Source: an uncultured delta proteobacterium (GTDB taxonomy: Bacteria > Desulfobacterota > Binatia > UBA9968). Taken from it: DNA of 64,000 nucleotides. Below the pieces are notes generated by a model that searched no databases, was not told where the DNA came from, and saw only the letters and a program-made list of their open reading frames with translations. Below are positions 35,673 to 45,829 of this stretch, one piece after another. Every line of letters starts with the position of its first letter. Position 1 is the first letter of the stretch. The stretch is taken from assembly GCA_963755715.1 (NCBI GenBank), contig CAVWLW010000033.1, positions 321,400 through 385,399 on the forward strand, in the 5' to 3' direction. The translations under genes and the position numbers were made by a program.

Positions 35673-36689
35673 ATGCGCGCAAGAAAATCGCGCCAAACCA
35701 ATTCTCAGATTTGGGCGTGTATTCTGTTCGTCATGCTTACGGTGGCGCAATGCCTGTGGCCCCAAGAAGCATTTTCCGCGGACAAGTTTATCTGCATTCT
35801 CGGCGGCACCGGGACCAGGCACGCGATTCCGGTTCTGGCCGCGAGCTTCGGGCTCTATCCAAAATACGGACTCGACGCGACCATTGTGCGGATCGGTAGC
35901 GGCACTGTTGCGACCGCTGCGCTCTTGGGCGGCGAGGCCGATGTCATCAGCACATCCGGTCCGGCTTTGATCAACGCGCGGCTTATGGGCACACCGGTAT
36001 TGTACGTTACCAACTTCAACAACTGGAGCGACGCTCACCTCTTGGTTCGACCGGAAGTCACCAGCATGGAACAGTTGCGCGGCGGAAAATTTGCTGTACC
36101 GGGGCTGGGAGGAGGCTATGCGCACATGCTGCGCGCATTCTTTTTTCCCAAGTACGGGCTGGACCAGGGTGCCAAACAGCCGACGATCCTCTCGGCGGGA
36201 GATACGCCGTCCGCTCTGGCCGGGGTCGTGAGCCGTCAATACGATGCGGCGCTCGCTTCTTATGAAAATTACATGGCCTTTCGCAAACGCGGGCTAAAGG
36301 CTCTCGTTGTGCCCGAAGATGTCAATGTGAGGTGGTATACCGGTCTCATTACGCTGGAAAAGAAAGTCAAAGAACGCCGCGGGGCAATGACTCAGTTCAT
36401 CAAGGCGCAGATCGAGACCGTCAGCATCATCAAAAAGGACCCGATCAAAGCCCGGGCGGCTCTCAAGAACTATTTTCGCAGCAGCGACGATGAGCTGATG
36501 GCAGAGTACCAGAAGTATCTCGCTGCCAAGTTGCCACTCATGACTCGGGTGGACACGGAAAATATCAAAACTTTGCTTTTGACCTCGACCCACCCAGCCG
36601 CGAAACAGGCCAAGCCCGAAGAATTCATCGATAATTCACTAGTCGATGAGATCGTGCGCGAAGGCTTCATCAAGCAATTCGAGCAGTGA
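35673..36689 (+). CDS. ABC substrate-binding protein, NMT1/SsuA-like
   Basis: Signal peptide, GLYPKYGLD, C-terminal AKPEEFIDNSLVDEIVREGFI. Confidence 0.82.
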   Translation: MRARKSRQTNSQIWACILFVMLTVAQCLWPQEAFSADKFICILGGTGTRHAIPVLAASFGLYPKYGLDATIVRIGSGTVATAALLGGEADVISTSGPALINARLMGTPVLYVTNFNNWSDAHLLVRPEVTSMEQLRGGKFAVPGLGGGYAHMLRAFFFPKYGLDQGAKQPTILSAGDTPSALAGVVSRQYDAALASYENYMAFRKRGLKALVVPEDVNVRWYTGLITLEKKVKERRGAMTQFIKAQIETVSIIKKDPIKARAALKNYFRSSDDELMAEYQKYLAAKLPLMTRVDTENIKTLLLTSTHPAAKQAKPEEFIDNSLVDEIVREGFIKQFEQ

Positions 36690-36711
36690 GAGGAAGGAAC
36701 GGCGTCGACTT

Positions 36712-38067
36712 ATGACGATGACCGAAGATGTTACCGGCTTTGTCGCGGCGTTCAGTCTAAGAACTGCTCCGGCCGAACTGCTGCCGCGAGTGCGCGAAGC
36801 TTTTCTCGACTCCTTTGGCGTGATGCTGGCCGGCAGCCGTGAGGAAAGCGCCCAGATCGCCGCGCGCTGGATTCGCAGCGAGCGCGCAGCGGGCCCATGT
36901 GCGGTGATCGCGCAGCGCGACTTTCGTACTTCGCCGGCAAACGCCGCGCTGGCCAACGGAGTTGCGGCACACACGCTCGACTACGATCATTTCGGCCATC
37001 AGAGCGCGGTGATGGTCCCTTGTGTATTGGCCGCCGGCGAAGCCAAAGGCGTCATTGGGCGAGAGCTGATCGAAGCTTATATCGTCGGTGTCGAAGTCAG
37101 CGCGTTGTTGGCCAAAGGGATGGGAAAGGAAGCGCAGGAGTTAGGCCTTCACCCTGCCGGAGTGTGCGGTTCATTGGGTGCGGCGGCCGCGGCCGCAAAA
37201 ATTTTTGGATTGACGCGGGAGCAGATTCAAATCGCGCTCGGAATTGCTGCGTCCTTGACGGCGGGATTAAGTCAGAACTTTGGCACTATGGTGAAACCTC
37301 TCCATCTTGGCAACGCGGCGCGCAACGGGATCATGGCGGCACAACTCGCGGCAGCGGGATTTACGGCGAATCCAAAGATTCTTGATCAACGAGGTGGTTT
37401 CTTCAGCGCATTGAGAGCGGAAGAGACGAGCGAGAAACTCGGCAAGAATTTTAGGTTCTTGCAGCCTGGGATCGCATTCAAAGCCTATCCGTGCCCCTAC
37501 AGCTCGCAACGCGCCGTCGCTGCGATCATCAAGATCTCCGAACGCCATAACCTGACGCCGGACGACGTAAGTGAAATCACCTGTGCCGCCGCGCCCAACA
37601 CTTTCCGCGTCCTGATCCATCATCGGCCAACCACCAGCTTGGAAGCAAAATTTAGCCTCGAATATCTGTTGGCCGCGGGGCTAAAAGTACGAACGATCAA
37701 TGAAGAGTGTTTTTTGCCTGAGCACGTCAATGATCCAGTCATGCGCGACCTCGTGGAGAAAGTCCGCAGCATCGATGCGCCGCTTCCACGAGAAACGCCT
37801 GGAGAAGGAGACGTTACCGTTCGGGTGCGAACCCGCGCGGCCGTGTTCGAAGAAACGGTGACCTACGCTCCCGGTCATCCAAAAAATCCGCTGACCTGGG
37901 AAAGACTCGCCGAAAAATACCGCGCTTGCGCGCGCCAGGGCGAAGTCCAAGAACCGGCCCTTTCCCGCTCGTTAGAGATGCTAAGTCGGATCGAGGACAT
38001 CGACGACGTGAGAGATCTCTTGCAGCTTTTTGCGACAGGAGATTCGCCGGTGAGCGCGCGCACGTGA
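36712..38067 (+). CDS. MmgE/PrpD family protein
   Basis: LDSFGVMLAG, HTLDYD, GTMVKPLHLG, FKAYPC, AKFSLEY, PGHPKNPL. Confidence 0.9.
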   Translation: MTMTEDVTGFVAAFSLRTAPAELLPRVREAFLDSFGVMLAGSREESAQIAARWIRSERAAGPCAVIAQRDFRTSPANAALANGVAAHTLDYDHFGHQSAVMVPCVLAAGEAKGVIGRELIEAYIVGVEVSALLAKGMGKEAQELGLHPAGVCGSLGAAAAAAKIFGLTREQIQIALGIAASLTAGLSQNFGTMVKPLHLGNAARNGIMAAQLAAAGFTANPKILDQRGGFFSALRAEETSEKLGKNFRFLQPGIAFKAYPCPYSSQRAVAAIIKISERHNLTPDDVSEITCAAAPNTFRVLIHHRPTTSLEAKFSLEYLLAAGLKVRTINEECFLPEHVNDPVMRDLVEKVRSIDAPLPRETPGEGDVTVRVRTRAAVFEETVTYAPGHPKNPLTWERLAEKYRACARQGEVQEPALSRSLEMLSRIEDIDDVRDLLQLFATGDSPVSART

Positions 38068-38221
38068 GAAGACGATGAAGACCGGAAAAATTCCCGGTAC
38101 TGTTTCATTCGCGAAGCCTGCGACGATGCGCAGCGGCGCGAAGATTGTCCATTGAATTCTTTTTCTTCAAATCCCATGGAGGACGTGAGGCAGGCGATTT
38201 ATTCAGAGCGAGAACCGCTGC

Positions 38222-38750
38222 TCACACGAGACCCAACACGCCCGCGAGCGCGCCGGCGGCGAGAAGCCACAGCGGGTTCCATGACGTGCGCAGGACCAGC
38301 ACTACGGTCACCAACGTGAGCAAGTACCCGCGCCAGTCGTGATTGACCGCTCGCATCAGGATCGTTGCGCTCGCGAACGTCAAGCCAATCGCGATCGGCG
38401 CCATGCCGCGGCGGATGGCACGGCCGATCGGAGCATTGGGATAGCGTTCATTCATATGCCCGACCAGCAGTGAGAGGGTGGTTGCGGGCACAAGGACCGG
38501 GATCGTCATCGTGGCTGCGCCCGCCCACCCCGCCAGATGCCAGCCGATCAGCGTGACGTACATGAAGTTGGGGCCGGGTCGCCGCCTGCGCCAGCGTATA
38601 GAGCTCGGCGAACTCCGTGCTCGTCATCAGGTGGTGCGCCTCTACCACGTAGCGGTGGAAATCCGGCAGGATCGTCGAAGGACCGCCGACCGCTACGAAC
38701 CAGAGGACCAAAGAATGTAGAAACAGCGCACTGAGGTCGACGCGATCCAT
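38222..38750 (-). CDS. chrA: Short-chain chromate transporter, second subunit (frameshift near 38578)
   Basis: AVGG, LAQAA(PGP)NFMYVTLIGW; overlaps the stop codon of the upstream subunit. Confidence 0.8.
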
Positions 38751-39304
38751 CACACTTTCTCTTTCCAGGCCGCAAAGAGAGCCCAGGGCGCGAGCGCACC
38801 CACGACCCAAAAGAGCGGCCAGCGCAAAACGCCGACGCCGACAAACGCCAGCATAACAAACAGCCACGGCCGCGAACGCCGCGGCAACACCTTTGCCACT
38901 TTAACAAAGGTCGCGAACAGTAGGCCAGCGGCCACTATCGACATGCCGGCGAGCGCTCGCTGCACCTGCGCCAGAGCGCCGTAATGCTGATACAGAATGC
39001 CCATGCCGATAACCACGAGACACGGCCAGCCGACGAACCCGCCGACGGCCGCCGCGGCGCCTGTCCAACCACCGAAGCGATAACCAACCATCACGGTGAG
39101 ATTGAGTCCGGGCGGCCCAGGCAGGAGCTGTCCGAGCGTTAGCAGTTCGACAAACTGCTGCTCTGTGAGCCAGCGCTCTCGTTCGACCAGCCTGCGCCGC
39201 GCCCAAAACATTATGCCGCCAAAACCGGACAGGGTAATCCAGGAAAAAGTGAGGAATAGCTGATACGGGGTGACCCGCGTCTCGTGTAATTCCGTTTGCT
39301 CCAT
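38750..39304 (-). CDS. chrA: Short-chain chromate transporter, first subunit
   Basis: SGFGG, VERERWLT, QLLPGP, GYRFGG. Confidence 0.88.
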   Translation of the reverse strand: MEQTELHETRVTPYQLFLTFSWITLSGFGGIMFWARRRLVERERWLTEQQFVELLTLGQLLPGPPGLNLTVMVGYRFGGWTGAAAAVGGFVGWPCLVVIGMGILYQHYGALAQVQRALAGMSIVAAGLLFATFVKVAKVLPRRSRPWLFVMLAFVGVGVLRWPLFWVVGALAPWALFAAWKEKV

Positions 39305-39449
39305 GGTTTCGTGGCTTGATGCGAGCGGATTGAATGGCTTGAACCGAAGGCCTTATATTTTGGTCTTGACGCAAAAAAATGCGCGTGAGACGTTCATATC
39401 ACAACTGGTTGATTAATTGCCGAGGACTTTGCGACTGACGGAGGAAAGC

Positions 39450-40271
39450 ATGGAAAGGCTGATGCCCAGATTTCGCTTTGGTCACATCGATCCGGCCGCC
39501 GTCGAGGCGCGCAGGGCAAGACGCGGACCCGGTTACGAGTTTTACCAGATCGTCCCGACCAATATCATGTTGGTGACCACGGTTCTGGGCATAAAAGACT
39601 TTACCCGCGAGGCGGTCGAGGCCGCCATCCCTAACTACTGGAATTGCGTCGAGGCACTGGCGGAAGAAAAGGTCGATGTTTTTGTCCTGGGCGGCACTCC
39701 CGTATCCGCGCAGTTGGGACGAGCTCGGGTTGTGAGACTGCTAAAAGAAGCGGAGGACAAAACCGGCATACGCGGCGACGCGCCGCTGGAAGCGGCGATT
39801 GCGGCGATGAAGCACCTGGGATTGAAAAAGTTAGCGGTGGGAGGACGGTGGACCGATGAATTCAATCAGGCCGTCATCCGTTATCTGGAGGAAGGCGGCA
39901 TCGATGTTGTCGGCATCACCAAACGCGGCCAATGGGGCAAGGAGGCTTTCGCCATGTCGTTGGAGCAAGGCTTAAAGCTGGCGCTGGAGGTTGGTCGTGA
40001 GGCGGCGCGCTTGGCTCCCGATGCCGAGGCGATTTTGGTTCCCGGCGGAGCCACCATGAGCCTCCACGTCATACCCGCGATCGAGGAGGAATTCGGCAAA
40101 CCGACATTTACCAGAACCAGCGCCGAGGTGTGGCGCAACCTGGTTCATCCAGGAATTATTCCGCCGGTAACCGGGTGGGGGCAGCTGCTGGCTTCCGGCA
40201 AACCAGTGATAGGCGCGATCCGAGCCTCCGCGAGCGCGGTTGCGAGCGAACCGCTAGTGTCGTGGAACTGA
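39450..40271 (+). CDS. Maleate isomerase/arylmalonate decarboxylase-like (Asp/Glu racemase fold) protein
   Basis: YEFYQIVP, AAMKHLGLKKLAV, IPAIEEEFGKP, GWGQLL. Confidence 0.78.
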   Translation: MERLMPRFRFGHIDPAAVEARRARRGPGYEFYQIVPTNIMLVTTVLGIKDFTREAVEAAIPNYWNCVEALAEEKVDVFVLGGTPVSAQLGRARVVRLLKEAEDKTGIRGDAPLEAAIAAMKHLGLKKLAVGGRWTDEFNQAVIRYLEEGGIDVVGITKRGQWGKEAFAMSLEQGLKLALEVGREAARLAPDAEAILVPGGATMSLHVIPAIEEEFGKPTFTRTSAEVWRNLVHPGIIPPVTGWGQLLASGKPVIGAIRASASAVASEPLVSWN

Positions 40272-40429
40272 AGTTTGTTACACAGGCAGATCGTCATTCC
40301 GGGCAACCCGGCGAAGCCGGGGCGACCCGGAATCCAGAAATTTCAAATACCTCTGGATACCGGCTTTCGCCGGTATGACGGAAAAGAGGCGTACTAGATA
40401 GCTAACGAACTTTGGTGGCAGAACACTAG
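40254..40429. repeat. CTAG-ended MITE-like element containing a REP family B pair
   Basis: Imperfect terminal inverted repeats ctagtgt...aagtttgtta / taacgaactt...acactag around cgtcattccggg...atccag...ctggataccgg...atgacg. Confidence 0.6.
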
Positions 40430-41508
40430 TCTCCGACAAGTTTTTTCACTCGTTCGATTACTTCCGCAGGCTGATTCATAACTCTTTCGGTGAGAGCCTG
40501 GAGCTCTTCACCCGAGGCCGGTTCAATTTCCAGTTTGGCTTGTTTCGCCTCGGCCACGAGCTGCGGATCTTTGAGCGCACTTGAGTAGGCCTCGCGCAAG
40601 ATTTTCACCCGATCCGCAGGAACGCCCGGAGGCGCCGCCATGGGACGGCCGTATTCGTTGCCGGCCAGTATCACCTGCGCGACTCGGCGGCTGACATCGG
40701 CGGTTTTGTATCGATCCATCAGTTCTCCGAGCGTGGGAACCTCGGCCATTCTGGGATCTCTTGTATGACCGCTCTGCGCCAGGTGACGATCAAAACCCTT
40801 TTTGTGCCATGCGATAAAAGGCTCACGGCTGAAATGGCCGGTGACGATCATGCCGCGGCAGATCACCTCGCCTTTCTCCATCGCCAGATCGATGGCATTG
40901 CCACTTTGATAACCGACGACTAGATTGAATTTAGCTTTGAGGGTTTCCTCGAAGATTTTTGCCAGCAAGTAAGTGCCGTCGGTGGACCCGGTCGCGCCGC
41001 ATCTAAGCGGCTCGCTCGATTTCACAACATCGTCGAAAGATTTATAAGGCGCGTCGGCACGGACATAAAACATGACCTCGGTTTTTTCCATGGTGCCGAT
41101 CCAGTTGAATTTGCGCAGATCGAATTTGACCTCTTCGAGACCGGTAAGCTGCTGCATGTAGCGGTGCGCCTGAAACATCCCCAACGTAAGTCCGTCCGCT
41201 TTGGTCATCCGTAAAGGTAATTCGTCGCCGCGAGCCCGCCCGCGCCGGGCATATTCTGAACGATCATATTCGGATTGCCCGGCAATGTGCTTCGGCATAT
41301 GCTTGGCAAATAGCCGAGCCCAGAGATCATAAAGACCGCCGCTGTCGCTGCCGACGACGATCCGAATCGTCTTGCCCTGGTAAAATGACGGACTCTGCGC
41401 ATAAACAAGCCCGGCAACCGGTTCCCGATCGCCCCTAAGCAAAGGCCCGATCGAAGCGCTCCACACGATCAGCCAAACGAGCGCAAAAAGTGAAAGTGTT
41501 TTTCTCAT
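40426..41508 (-). CDS. Tripartite tricarboxylate transporter substrate-binding protein (Bug/TctC), two compensating frameshifts near 41210-41280
   Basis: FYQGKTIRIVVG, GGLYDLWAR, PGNPNMIVQNMPGAGG (in the shifted frame), APPGVP. Confidence 0.85.
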   Translation of the reverse strand: MRKTLSLFALVWLIVWSASIGPLLRGDREPVAGLVYAQSPSFYQGKTIRIVVGSDSGGLYDLWARLFAKHMPKHIAGQSEYDRSEYARRGRARGDELPLRMTKADGLTLGMFQAHRYMQQLTGLEEVKFDLRKFNWIGTMEKTEVMFYVRADAPYKSFDDVVKSSEPLRCGATGSTDGTYLLAKIFEETLKAKFNLVVGYQSGNAIDLAMEKGEVICRGMIVTGHFSREPFIAWHKKGFDRHLAQSGHTRDPRMAEVPTLGELMDRYKTADVSRRVAQVILAGNEYGRPMAAPPGVPADRVKILREAYSSALKDPQLVAEAKQAKLEIEPASGEELQALTERVMNQPAEVIERVKKLVGD

Positions 41509-41896
41509 GGGCAACTCCGATGACGCGCCTTTTGTCTTTCTTTGCCGGCGTGCCTATACGAGCGCGCGCCGAACCGAGTGTGGGCTCTGTCCGAAACTCT
41601 GAACGTCCGGGCTCGCTGGCTATCGTTTAGATTCCGAAGGTAAAGAGTAGTACATGAACTACGCCGAAAAAACAGCAACTTTTGGCAAACAAAAAAACTC
41701 CGGCTCGCTTCTCTCAGCGCGATTTGACAGGTAGAAAACATAGATGTAATGAGTTCGAAGAGCTCGCGCGATCTTAGGACACTCATAATTGGGTTGTGCC
41801 GGGTCGCAGTTGTGTTTGTGTCGTGGTAACGAAATAGTTCTACGGGCAACAGCCGTTCAAATTAGAGGTTCTTCCGGGTTTACTGTGAAGATGTTT

Positions 41897-42241
41897 TAAC
41901 CACGAAGGACTTGCACGGCGAAGCCGCAACCAAGTAAGAAAGAAAATATTCACCACGAAGGACCCAGCGCGGCTGCACCGCAACCAAATAGACAAGAAGA
42001 TGTTCACCACGAAGGACACGAAAATCACGAAGTTCGGAGTTTGAAATATCCGAAACCCTTCGTGTCCTTCGTGAACTTCGTGGTGAGGCCGTATTTTCTC
42101 ATTGAGCAGAGCAACATAGGAACAGTGGCCCGAAAATTTGCGCAAGCTGCGTAAACTTTTAACTATAGTAATACGAAGAGCACGAAGTTCGGAGTTTAAA
42201 ATATCCGAACCCTTCGTGTCCTTCGTGAGCTTCGTGGTGAA
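41897..42241. repeat. Cluster of caccacgaag/ttcgtggtg palindromic repeats with nested elements
   Basis: Several caccacgaaggacacgaa...cttcgtgtccttcgtg...cttcgtggtga units. Confidence 0.7.
41964..42172. mobile_element. Non-autonomous hairpin-ended element inserted in an acgaag repeat (copy 2)
   Basis: Ends ccagcgcggctgcaccgcaacc and atttgcgc...aactatagtaat; splits caccacgaaggac|acgaag. Confidence 0.55.
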
Positions 42242-42309
42242 CAAAACAAACTGAACGTGACGCATTGTCCACATAAAAGCCTGAAGGACCAAATTAGAAA
42301 GGAACAGCG

Positions 42310-43197
42310 ATGAAACGTGACCTGGTTGGCTATGGAAAAAATCTACCTCGAGTGGAATGGCCTGAGAGCTGCCAAATTGCCGTCTCCCTGGTCGTCAACT
42401 ACGAGGAGGGTTCCGAGCTCACGCCGGTGTACGGAGATAAGAGACACGAGACCAATGGAGAAATACCGTCTCGCAAACCTCCGGAAGCGCGCAGCCTTCA
42501 GACGGAATCCCAGTGGGAATATGGGGGGCGGGCGGGCGTTTGGCGACTGTTGCGCCTGTTAGAGCAGTACGAAGTAAAAGCGACCTTCTTCGCCTGCGGC
42601 ATGGCGTTGGAACAAAATCCGGCAGTCGGTCGCGAGATTGCTGCTCGAGGCCACGATGTTTGCGGGCACGGGTTGCGTTGGGTGGAACAATGGCATCTTG
42701 ACCGCGATAGCGAAAAGGAGAGCATTCACAAAGCTGTGGCGGCGATCGAGAAAACGACGGGTCGCAGACCTCTGGGTTGGTTTACGAAGTCCGGGCCCAG
42801 CCTCAACACGCGAGAGATTTTAGCGGAAGAAGGCTTTCTGTATGATTGCGACGGTATCAACGACGATCTGCCCTACTATACGGAGGTGAAAGGGAAACCC
42901 TGGCTGGTGGTTCCCTATGCCTTTGACAGCAATGACGGCAAATATTGGCGCGGTGCGTGGAGCAATGGCGATCAATTCTTCAGCTATTTAAAGGATAGCT
43001 TCGACATGCTCTACAAGGAAGGCGCAACCCATCCTAAGATGTTGTCAATCGGGTTGCACTCCCGCGTGTCGGGGCGTCCAGGGCGAGCGATGGCCGTGGC
43101 TCGATTCATCGAATATGCGAAAGGCTTTCCCAGGGTTTGGTTCGCCGGTCGGGATGAGATCGCCCGCTGGTGGCTCGAGCGATGCCCGCCGAGCTGA
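42310..43197 (+). CDS. Polysaccharide deacetylase family protein, allantoinase PuuE-like
   Basis: RDLVGYG, VVNYEEG, EYGGRAG, HGLRW, DDLPY, SIGLHSRVSGRPGR. Confidence 0.85.
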   Translation: MKRDLVGYGKNLPRVEWPESCQIAVSLVVNYEEGSELTPVYGDKRHETNGEIPSRKPPEARSLQTESQWEYGGRAGVWRLLRLLEQYEVKATFFACGMALEQNPAVGREIAARGHDVCGHGLRWVEQWHLDRDSEKESIHKAVAAIEKTTGRRPLGWFTKSGPSLNTREILAEEGFLYDCDGINDDLPYYTEVKGKPWLVVPYAFDSNDGKYWRGAWSNGDQFFSYLKDSFDMLYKEGATHPKMLSIGLHSRVSGRPGRAMAVARFIEYAKGFPRVWFAGRDEIARWWLERCPPS

Positions 43198-43245
43198 AAA
43201 AACTCACGAAGCTCACGAGGCGAATCAAAGAAAGGGGAATGAAGG

Positions 43246-44019
43246 ATGCGAATCATGTTCCTCAGCCATTTGCCGGAGAACCCCAAGGCCAAAGAAAGAT
43301 ATGCCAAGATTCAAGCCCAGCTCGACGGCTACGCCTCTGCGGGTACTCAAGTCGAGTTATGCTTTCCGGACGATTACCCGGGAGCCAAGCTTTCTTCAAA
43401 TCTCGGTGCGCGAAACGAAGTCCCGGGAATTTACCACATGCTGCAAACGCCGGCGATTATTCGGAAGATCGTTTGGGCCGAGAACAACGGCTACGACGCC
43501 GTGGTTCAGAGCAATACATTTGACCCGGGCGTGGAAGCGGCTCGTCAGACCGTGCGCATCCCCGTCATTGGCGTATTTCGCACGGCGCTTCACACAGCCT
43601 CGGTTCTCTCCAACTCGATCGCGATCATTGCGCCTCTTGAAGAGCACATCGCTTACGCATGGCAAATTGTTCACTCCTACGGCATGCAGGGCTTTGTCAA
43701 AAATATTACGGCAATCGGCCTCTACGACGAAAACGCTGAAAAGCGAATAGACGAAATATTTGCTCGTGCCGTTGAGGCCATGCGCGCCACCATCAAAACG
43801 AGCGGAGCGGGGTGCATCATTCCTCTCGGTGGCGCAGTTGTTCCAACCCTTGTCTCTCCCAAGGATTTAGAACGAGAGGTAGGCGTCCCGGTGCTGAACA
43901 CAAAAGCCATCGGTATTCGATTTGCCGAGATGTGCGTCCAGCTGGGAATGACCCAAAGCGCTTTGAATTATCCCCTCGCGCAACTTCGATACGAAGATTT
44001 CACGGCCTTCGCCAGATGA
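43246..44019 (+). CDS. Asp/Glu/hydantoin racemase family protein
   Basis: AENNGYDAVV, FDPGVEAARQTVRIPVIG, VGVPVLN. Confidence 0.8.
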   Translation: MRIMFLSHLPENPKAKERYAKIQAQLDGYASAGTQVELCFPDDYPGAKLSSNLGARNEVPGIYHMLQTPAIIRKIVWAENNGYDAVVQSNTFDPGVEAARQTVRIPVIGVFRTALHTASVLSNSIAIIAPLEEHIAYAWQIVHSYGMQGFVKNITAIGLYDENAEKRIDEIFARAVEAMRATIKTSGAGCIIPLGGAVVPTLVSPKDLEREVGVPVLNTKAIGIRFAEMCVQLGMTQSALNYPLAQLRYEDFTAFAR

Positions 44020-45581
44020 GAGAAAATTCGCCTCTCGTCTACAGGGATGTTCGTAATGTCATTCTGAGGTTCGCAAGTTCGAAGAATCTCCGACTTTCGT
44101 AACCGCCCTTGAAAATGCGAGATGCTTCGCTTTGCGCAGGCATGACATCGATGAGATTTCGCGCATTCCGACACAGTCTCATAGCTAGGGACGGTCGGTG
44201 ACTGGCGCCACGGCGTTGCTTGCTCATAGGCATGCGCGATGCGCAGGATCGTTCCTTCAGCGAAAGGTCTGCCGACGATTTGCATGGCGAGCGGCAGGCC
44301 CATCCGATCAAATCCGGTGCAGATCGAAATCGCCGGGTTGCCGGTTACATTGAAGACCGCAGTCAAGTTTGGCCGCTGAAAAAAATGGGTCGGTTCGTCC
44401 ACGCTCATTTTCGGCGCCGGCCCGTAGGTGCAAAGCGTCACCATGGCGTCATAGCCCGCGAATAGCGTCTGCATCTCGGCGACCAGTTTGGCGCGCTGGC
44501 GTTGCGCCTGGATATAGTCGACCGCCCGGATGAGCCCGCCGGGGACGGCGCGAAAGCGCAGGTTGGCACCGTAATCTTGAAATCTTTCGAGCAGGTCCTT
44601 TTCGTGGACGGCAAAAAATTCCGCCTCGGAAATAATCACCTTACAGTCGTCGTAATCTTCCAGCTCTCGGAGTTTCACTTCCTCGAGCAGCGCGCCAAGT
44701 TTGGTAAGTTCCTGTAATGCGGTTTCGAATGCGCGCCGCGTTTCGTCTTCGGGAGGCAAGTGCGATTCATAGAAATGACGGATAACGCCGATCCGCATTC
44801 CGCGAATTCCCATGTTCAAGTCAGCGGTATAATTGGGTACCGGAAGATTGGCACTGCCAGGATCACCCGGGTCATAGGCGGCAATCGCCTGGAGCATAAT
44901 CGCGCAGTCTTCAGCGGTCCACGCCATCGGCCCGCAGTGATCGAGGGAGAAAGAGTAAGGGATCACTCCTTTTCGGCTGACCCTTCCATAGGTCGGCATT
45001 AGCCCGGCGATGCCGCAGAATGATGCCGGGTTGCGAATCGATCCGCCGGTGTCCGTCCCCAGTGCTCCCATCACCAGTCCGGCGGCCACCGCCGACGCCG
45101 AGCCCGTGCTCGAACCGCCGGTGAATCCATGCTCCGGATTCCACGGATTCCGTACGGCCGGCCAAGCCTGGTCCGGAGAGGGACTGCCATGAGCAAACTC
45201 CAAACAACCGAGCTTACCCAATAAAACGGCGCCGGCATTTTTAAGGAGGCTCACGGCTGTCGCGTCCTCGGCGGGAATATGATCGATGAGAACCTTCGAA
45301 TGGGCCGTCGTTCGTATGCCCGCGGTTTCGATTAAGTCTTTCAAGCCGATCGGTATGCCATGGAGCGGGCCGCGGTACCGGTTCGAGGCGATTTCTCTCT
45401 CGACTTCGTTGGCCTGGCGCAGCGCTTCTTCGCGGGTAACTAAGACGAAACTATGAATCCGAGCGTCGATTGCTTCGATGCGATCGAGAAAAGCGTTGGT
45501 TAATTCCACCGGCGACAATTGTTGCGATTTCAAGAGCGGCCCGGTTTCGGCGATGGATAGGTAGCAGAGTTCGCTGGTCAT
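43968..45581 (-). CDS. Amidase signature family enzyme (GatA/AtzE-like)
   Basis: GLKDL, GGSSTGS, GTDTGGSIRNPA triad motifs; conserved part ends at AYEQATPW near 44200 and the ORF then runs into a REP. Confidence 0.9.
   Translation of the reverse strand: MTSELCYLSIAETGPLLKSQQLSPVELTNAFLDRIEAIDARIHSFVLVTREEALRQANEVEREIASNRYRGPLHGIPIGLKDLIETAGIRTTAHSKVLIDHIPAEDATAVSLLKNAGAVLLGKLGCLEFAHGSPSPDQAWPAVRNPWNPEHGFTGGSSTGSASAVAAGLVMGALGTDTGGSIRNPASFCGIAGLMPTYGRVSRKGVIPYSFSLDHCGPMAWTAEDCAIMLQAIAAYDPGDPGSANLPVPNYTADLNMGIRGMRIGVIRHFYESHLPPEDETRRAFETALQELTKLGALLEEVKLRELEDYDDCKVIISEAEFFAVHEKDLLERFQDYGANLRFRAVPGGLIRAVDYIQAQRQRAKLVAEMQTLFAGYDAMVTLCTYGPAPKMSVDEPTHFFQRPNLTAVFNVTGNPAISICTGFDRMGLPLAMQIVGRPFAEGTILRIAHAYEQATPWRQSPTVPSYETVSECAKSHRCHACAKRSISHFQGRLRKSEILRTCEPQNDITNIPVDERRIFSHLAKAVKSSYRSCARG
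44057..44147. repeat. REP-like pair, family A
   Basis: tgtcattctgagg...gaagaatctc...gagatgcttcgc...catgaca. Confidence 0.68.
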
Positions 45582-45586
45582 GGATT

Positions 45587-45781
45587 CTATCTCCGAACAG
45601 GAAAAACACTGGCCGGTTCGTCGGCGCGTTTGAGATCTTTTCTCAGCCGGCGCGCCGCTGCCTCAAGTCTTCTGACGACAGCGCAACACTTCTCCAACTG
45701 CTCGGGTGGGAGCGTGACACCCGCACGCTTTAGCATCAGGGTGACTTCCTGCTCGGATAGTTGATGAGTGTCATCTGCCAT
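45587..45781 (-). CDS. Small GatC/AtzG-like amidase partner protein
   Basis: 64 aa helical protein with RAGVTL and C-terminal DEPASVF, 5 bp upstream of the amidase. Confidence 0.65.
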   Translation of the reverse strand: MADDTHQLSEQEVTLMLKRAGVTLPPEQLEKCCAVVRRLEAAARRLRKDLKRADEPASVFPVRR

Positions 45782-45829
45782 GATTCATCTCCCTTCTCAG
45801 CTTGTCTGCGGATAATTTCAACGGGCCGC

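Noticed and set aside
41897-42241. Possible CRISPR array
   Set aside because: Repeats are degenerate, inverted and irregularly spaced; no unique constant-length spacers and no cas genes
41840-42292. 150-aa ORF with FTTKLTKDTK/LRALR low-complexity text
   Set aside because: Translation of the acgaag palindromic repeat cluster, not a gene
43968-44180. C-terminal extension of the amidase overlapping the racemase gene
   Set aside because: Reads through a REP element; probably a lost stop codon or an indel
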